DNA from: Promethearchaeia archaeon
GTDB lineage: Archaea; Asgardarchaeota; Lokiarchaeia; Sigyniarchaeales; SOKP01
Direction: 5' to 3'
Assembly (NCBI GenBank): GCA_029856145.1
Contig: JAHQWK010000001.1
Span: 32,001-96,000 of the forward strand
DNA length: 64,000 nucleotides
The notes under the pieces are model-generated. The model had not been told where the DNA came from. It did no database searches and saw only the letters and a list, made by a program, of their open reading frames with translations. Shown in pieces: positions 58,934 through 64,000 of the stretch. Within the stretch, counting starts at the first letter, position 1; every line of letters starts with the position of its first letter. The translations under genes were made by a program, and so were the position numbers.

Positions 58934-61900
58934 ATGAAAGAAAATTTAGATGAAGTTAAAAAAGTACCTAAAATTTCCATTATTACTGCCGCAGTATTTA
59001 TGAAGTGGATAACTGAGGGTATAATAGAAATTTATCAAAAATTTGGGCGAATTTTTAGTTTTAAAACCTATTTTTTGAATGATGTTAATGATGGAAAGGT
59101 TTCAAAAGAAGAATTTACTAAAGTAATTTATGAATCTGATGTAATGCTCATTGATATAAGAGGCCATTGTTTAGCAGTGGATATTCTTGAAGAAACTTAC
59201 GATAGAATGGAAAAAGAAAACCCAGAATTATTTGAGACAAAACAAATTATAACTTTAATTGGAGGAAATCCTCAACTTATGAAGCTCACTAAACTAGGGT
59301 CTTTTATAGGGCGTAAAATTCCAGTACCCCAAAAAAAATTAGAATTAGGCTTTGATGAAGTACTAGATATCACTGAAGCAGTTAATAAAGGCATGAAAAT
59401 AGACAAGATTATGGGAAAATTTTCAAAAATGTTTCCATTTAGATTGCTTAAGCATATTAGAAATTGGGTATATTTAAGAGATTATTGGAGTCATGGCTTT
59501 GCTGGAATAGCAGAAAACCATAAAAATTTGATCTTATTTCTTTTAAAAAATTACTTAGGATTTAAAAATATTAAAGTACCTAAACCATCAAAAATCCCTG
59601 AAATTGGGATATATGAGCCAATTTCAAATAAATATTTTGACACATTAGATGAATATCTAAATTTTAAACCAATAGACCCAGATAAACAAACGATAGGTTT
59701 ATTTTTTTATGGATCACTTTATTTTGAGCAATCATTGCCGATAATTGAGGAATTTGTAAATAAATTATCTGAATTTAATATTATTCCAGTTTATTCAGAA
59801 GTATTATTTAATATTGAAGCTCATCAGAAATTTTTTTTTAAAAATAGGAGGAATCTTGCAAGTATAATTATCAATCTTCAATATTTCCAACTTAACGGAG
59901 GACCCTTTGGGGGAGATTCCTCTATAACAATAGATTTATACAAAAAAATGAATATACCTCATATCAATCCAATAATTCAATATGATCTTCTTTATGATGA
60001 ATATCTTAAGTCGGAACAGGGATCTAGTCCTATAAATCAAGTTATATCCATTGTAATGCCAGAATTAGATGGAAGAATTGAGATGATGACCGTTGGATGT
60101 ATGCGAAATTTAGGATATTCTGAAGAGATACATTCAGAAGTTTTAGAGGTCGCTTCTATTTCTCATCATATTAATTTTATTATTGGGAGAGTAAAGAAAT
60201 GGCTTAATCTACGTATTAAAGATAATTCAGAAAAAAAAATTGCGATTATTATTTATAATTATCCCCCAAGTGAGGATAAGATAGGAAATGCAGCCTATTT
60301 AGATGTTTCAAAATCTGTTAGGAATTTAATAGATTTTTTAATGAAAGAAGGGTATAGTGGAGAAAATATCCCTGAAGATAAGAATTTATCAGATATTTTT
60401 ATTGAAAGCGGAGCTCTAAATAATGCAAAATATACAAATGTAGAAGTTTTTAAAGGAATAAAATGGAAAAACGAAGAATATTTAACATATTTTAATCAAT
60501 TACCAGAAGAACTTAATAATAATATTATTGAACATTGGGGAGCCCCCCCAGGAAAAATAAATGTTGAAAATAATCATTTTAAACTTCCTATAATACAATT
60601 TAAAAATATATATATTGCATTACAACCTGCCAGAAGCATGATTTCTGGAGACCCTAATGATTATCATGATAAGAATTTACCTCCTCATCATCAATATCTA
60701 GCTTTTTATCGTTATCTTGAAAATATTTTAAATATAGATGCTATAATTCACTTTGGAACACATGGAACTGTTGAATTTCAACCCGGAAAGCAAACTTCTG
60801 GAGGTCCAGATGATTTCTGTTTAAATCTCATTGGGACAATACCGAATTTGTATTATTATCATATAACAAACACTAGTGAATCAGCAATAGCAAAAAGAAG
60901 GGGAAATGCTGTTATAATAAACCATGCAGGACCCACTTTCAAAAATTCAGATTTATATCAAGAACTTGCTAAACTAGAATCTTTAATCTCCGAATATCAA
61001 AATGAAAAAATTTTAGATTTAAAAGAATCAATTGATCCTGTGAAAGCCGATAGAGTTAGAGATATGGAGAATGATATCTCTAAAATAGCTAAAAATTTAA
61101 ATTTTGAATATTCCTCTATTGATGAGCTTGAAGCTCTATTATATAGATACAAAACAGCAGTTATACCAATGGGGCTTCATGTATTAGGCAAAAGTTATAA
61201 TATGGAAGAGAAAAAAGATCTTATTCTCCAAATTCTATTGAATTCAGGTGAAATACCCGATAATTTAAAGGAAATGTTATTGAAATTCGAAAGACAAGAA
61301 AAACAACAATCTAATCTTTTAGAGAAACATATACAAGGAATTATAGATGAGATCTATGATTCAGAAAAAAAAATTAAGCAAAGTGAGTTAAACGAGGAGG
61401 AATATTTGTCTTTAAAAAATTGGGTTAAAGATTTCCTCTTTAGAATTGATAGTTCTATGGAGATGGAGAATTTAATTCGAGGATTAGAAGGTGGATATGT
61501 AGAACCTGGCCTTGGTGGCGATCCAATACGTTCACCGAATATATTTCCAACAGGCAGAAATTCTTACGGGTTTGATCCGAGATTAATTCCAAGTTCGACA
61601 GCTTATAAGAGAGGGACATTAATTGCCGAAAAATTAATTGAGAATTATAAAAAAGAATATGGAACATTTCCTGAAACAACAAGTGTAGTTCTATGGGCTT
61701 TCGAAACAATGAAAACAGGAGGCGAAACTATTGGGCAAATTTTTAATTACTTAGGTGTTAGACCAATTAAAAATAGATCTGTATGGACAACTGAACTTGA
61801 AGTAATACCTCTTGAAGAAATGAAACACCCTCGAATTAATATTATCGTTACTATTTGTGGGATTTTTAGAGATACTTTTCCTTATATTTTAAATTTATTA

Positions 61901-62725
61901 AATGAAGCAGTAGAATTAGTGGAAAATTTAGATGAGCCTTTTGATAAGAATTTTGTTAGAAAGAGCATAATAGAATTAAAACAAAAAGGTTTAGAGCTCC
62001 CTGAGGCTAAGGTATATGGTCCTGCACCAGGAAAATATAATACTAACTTGACTGATATTATTTCAGCAGGAGTTTGGGAAGATGAAAAAGAATTAGTTGA
62101 TGATTATATAAATTGCATGAGCTTTGCTTATATGAAAGATCAGAAAGTTCAGAAAATTGCTAAAACATTTACAGAAAATATAAGTAAGATTGATATAATG
62201 AGCCAAGTAAGAGATTCTTCTGAATATCATATAACAGATCTCGATCATTATTTTGAATTTACTGGCGGATTAGCAAGAGTTTTTAACGAAATTAATGGAA
62301 AACAAGCAAATATTTATATTGCAGATACGACAACAAGAGAGATAAAAGTTGATCCTTTAGAGAAAAGTATCAAGGAAGGTGCAGTTACAAGGTCATTGAA
62401 TCCTCGGTGGATAGAAGCAATGTTAGCTCATAAATATCATGGTGGTCAAAAAATTGCTGAAAGAGTTGAGAATGTTTTAGGGCTTGCTGCTACTACTCAC
62501 TCTGTAGATAATTGGATTTGGGATAAAAGTTATCAACAATATGTAGAAAATGAGGAAATTCGAGAGGCACTTATTAAAAATAACAGATTTGCAATGATGG
62601 ATATTATTAGAAACATACTGCAAGCAGGAAATAGAGGTTATTGGGACGCAACGGAAGAACAGATTGATAATCTAAAAAAATTGTATTTAGAGTTAGAAAA
62701 CTGGGTTGAGAGTATTTATCAATAA
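58934..62725 (+). CDS. cobN: CobN/ChlH-family chelatase large subunit
   Basis: PELDG, YNYPP, PPHHQY, HFGTHGT.EF.PGK, AKRR, PTGRN, GIFRD and NPRWIEAM motifs. Confidence 0.92.
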   Translation: MKENLDEVKKVPKISIITAAVFMKWITEGIIEIYQKFGRIFSFKTYFLNDVNDGKVSKEEFTKVIYESDVMLIDIRGHCLAVDILEETYDRMEKENPELFETKQIITLIGGNPQLMKLTKLGSFIGRKIPVPQKKLELGFDEVLDITEAVNKGMKIDKIMGKFSKMFPFRLLKHIRNWVYLRDYWSHGFAGIAENHKNLILFLLKNYLGFKNIKVPKPSKIPEIGIYEPISNKYFDTLDEYLNFKPIDPDKQTIGLFFYGSLYFEQSLPIIEEFVNKLSEFNIIPVYSEVLFNIEAHQKFFFKNRRNLASIIINLQYFQLNGGPFGGDSSITIDLYKKMNIPHINPIIQYDLLYDEYLKSEQGSSPINQVISIVMPELDGRIEMMTVGCMRNLGYSEEIHSEVLEVASISHHINFIIGRVKKWLNLRIKDNSEKKIAIIIYNYPPSEDKIGNAAYLDVSKSVRNLIDFLMKEGYSGENIPEDKNLSDIFIESGALNNAKYTNVEVFKGIKWKNEEYLTYFNQLPEELNNNIIEHWGAPPGKINVENNHFKLPIIQFKNIYIALQPARSMISGDPNDYHDKNLPPHHQYLAFYRYLENILNIDAIIHFGTHGTVEFQPGKQTSGGPDDFCLNLIGTIPNLYYYHITNTSESAIAKRRGNAVIINHAGPTFKNSDLYQELAKLESLISEYQNEKILDLKESIDPVKADRVRDMENDISKIAKNLNFEYSSIDELEALLYRYKTAVIPMGLHVLGKSYNMEEKKDLILQILLNSGEIPDNLKEMLLKFERQEKQQSNLLEKHIQGIIDEIYDSEKKIKQSELNEEEYLSLKNWVKDFLFRIDSSMEMENLIRGLEGGYVEPGLGGDPIRSPNIFPTGRNSYGFDPRLIPSSTAYKRGTLIAEKLIENYKKEYGTFPETTSVVLWAFETMKTGGETIGQIFNYLGVRPIKNRSVWTTELEVIPLEEMKHPRINIIVTICGIFRDTFPYILNLLNEAVELVENLDEPFDKNFVRKSIIELKQKGLELPEAKVYGPAPGKYNTNLTDIISAGVWEDEKELVDDYINCMSFAYMKDQKVQKIAKTFTENISKIDIMSQVRDSSEYHITDLDHYFEFTGGLARVFNEINGKQANIYIADTTTREIKVDPLEKSIKEGAVTRSLNPRWIEAMLAHKYHGGQKIAERVENVLGLAATTHSVDNWIWDKSYQQYVENEEIREALIKNNRFAMMDIIRNILQAGNRGYWDATEEQIDNLKKLYLELENWVESIYQ

Positions 62726-62747
62726 AAAAAATATTGTACAATAACAA

Positions 62748-62954
62748 TTATAATGAGAGATATTTTTTTCTAATTATCTTTCTTTCATTAAATAATTTTG
62801 ATTTCTTTTTCTTCAAATATGTAATTAAGTAAAAAGCAGCAATCATTATAGCTATAGAAAGGATAATACCAATAATTCCGGCGATATAATCATTGGTAAT
62901 CCAACTTAAGATAGGAATCCAGGGAGAGAATAAACTTTCAAGCCATTCTTCGCT
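62748..62954 (-). pseudogene. Start-less C-terminal fragment of a membrane protein (possibly a Co/Ni ECF accessory, PDGLE-like)
   Basis: Manual: *SEEWLESLFSPWIPILSWITNDYIAGIIGIILSIAIMIAAFYLITYLKKKKSK...SL*; a TM helix with a basic tail, convergent with cobN. Confidence 0.4.
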
Positions 62955-63101
62955 TTAAATGTCAAGAATTTACTAGGATCTTATGATGATATTCTATCTT
63001 TAATAAAAAAGAGTTATTAGTAAATTGATACAATACTTTTTCTAAAAAATTAATTTTAAATTTGTATAATTTATTTTCTAATAAACTTCTGGTGACCAGA
63101 T

Positions 63102-63593
63102 ATTCACTTAGTCCTAACTTTTTTCCATCAAATTAATGGCCCGAGTGTTTTATTATCATATCCAGATGAAAAATTAGAAGAAGAGATTATCAGCTCTCTA
63201 ATTAAATTCTTTGACCTGGAAATCAACGAAACGTTTTTTGAAATCGTTCTTATCACAAAAAAAAAGAAAATTATTAATTTTCATTTTGAGATCCCGTCTG
63301 AGTGGGCACGTGGCAAAAAAGAATTTGCTATGCTCTCTTTGATAATGAAAATAGAATATAACAGTGAAGATCTTTATGCATTCCTCGTAGACTCGAGCTA
63401 TAAAATCCTAAAAACAGAGAATGTTTATAAAGCATTTTATAAGGATTCAGATTTTCATTATAATGATATAGAAATCGATCTTAACTATGAGATAATAAGA
63501 AAAATACTCTTTGATTGTTTAACTAATTTAATATCAAGAATTGAGGATAAAATTAAAGGATTAGAGAAAAAGGATCCTTTTCCTTTTACTTAA
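63102..63593 (+). CDS. Stand-alone uDENN/longin-like protein, probable ATT start
   Basis: The frame of the 63330 ORF is open upstream to 63096: (M)HLVLTFFHQINGPSVLLSYPDE...FHFEIPSEWARGKKEFAMLSLIM...VYKAFY. Paralogous to the N-terminal domain of 10774-11934; GGTGA ends 6 nt before the ATT. Confidence 0.78.
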   Translation: MHLVLTFFHQINGPSVLLSYPDEKLEEEIISSLIKFFDLEINETFFEIVLITKKKKIINFHFEIPSEWARGKKEFAMLSLIMKIEYNSEDLYAFLVDSSYKILKTENVYKAFYKDSDFHYNDIEIDLNYEIIRKILFDCLTNLISRIEDKIKGLEKKDPFPFT

Positions 63594-64000
63594 AAATAGA
63601 AACTAAAAAAAGAATTTTACTTTCCTTTAAATTATAAGTATGTCGCCTGAAACACTAACACAGTCTTTTTCATCTCAAGGAATTCTACCCTTTAAATCAA
63701 AGGCGTTCTCTCATGCCAGGCATTTAAAACGTTGGGACATAATCATGTCGCAAATCTGGGTTGCTGACTCTACATTCATTGCTGTGGTTTTTACCATCGC
63801 TCTGTAAAGAGCCCGTATTATTTTTGCATTTACTGATTATTAAACTCTAGATATTCGCATTAGTTTGCACTGCATAATCATTTTTTCATCATATGAGTCC
63901 TCGAACACGCGGTTATTCCATCATCGTTTTCCCATCAATATAATAGATTATTAAAAATAAAAGTTTTATTATAATCCCAATTTTGATGAAAAAATTCAAA

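Noticed and set aside
1999-61709. Numerous short ORF-track entries overlapping larger genes (e.g. 1999-2307, 3269-3658, 8726-9040, 14055-14432, 21237-21599, 36803-37066, 50561-50869, 57920-58222, 61455-61709)
   Set aside because: They are antisense or alternate-frame shadows of well-supported genes and have no motifs of their own.
1-64000. Selenoproteins and SECIS elements, plausible in a Loki-like redox cluster
   Set aside because: No in-frame TGA aligned to a catalytic Cys position was found; TGA-terminated genes end at expected C-termini; no convincing SECIS was seen.

Overview
AT-rich, gene-dense archaeal chromosomal segment, most likely Asgard (Lokiarchaeia/Promethearchaeota-like). That assignment is inferred from an Asgard-type profilin, eS26, longin/roadblock and FLCN/NPRL2-like uDENN proteins, CdhE and TrmY. 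The first ~32 kb is a large redox/sulfur/oxidative-stress neighbourhood: TrxR with three tandem protein-disulfide oxidoreductases, FTR plus glutaredoxins, Isf, an atypical Glu-substituted CooS with a FrdX-like partner, an NADH:rubredoxin reductase, rubredoxins, FprA, Dfx, Rbr, a CoADR-rhodanese-TusA-rhodanese fusion, and tusA-iscS-iscU. The remainder holds housekeeping and metabolic genes (corrinoid protein, two ABC systems, RNase Z, ubiquitin-like sulfur carrier, CdhE, ADP-forming acyl-CoA ligase, MobB, eS26, TrmY, ChlI/D-CobN chelatase). The signals least explained by the ORF track are: (1) repeated apparent AUU/AUA translation initiation, mostly behind Shine-Dalgarno-like motifs, including ribosomal protein eS26; (2) IscU fused to a degenerate thioredoxin-reductase NADPH domain; (3) a uDENN-pseudo-receiver-zinc-ribbon fusion and a three-module longin/roadblock protein; (4) a shared palindromic site upstream of cooS and its ferredoxin partner; (5) two similar long-hairpin intergenic elements; (6) a 140-bp direct repeat bracketing a membrane-protein gene. 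No rRNA, tRNA, CRISPR array or transposase was recognised. All family assignments come from motif recognition by eye, not database searches.
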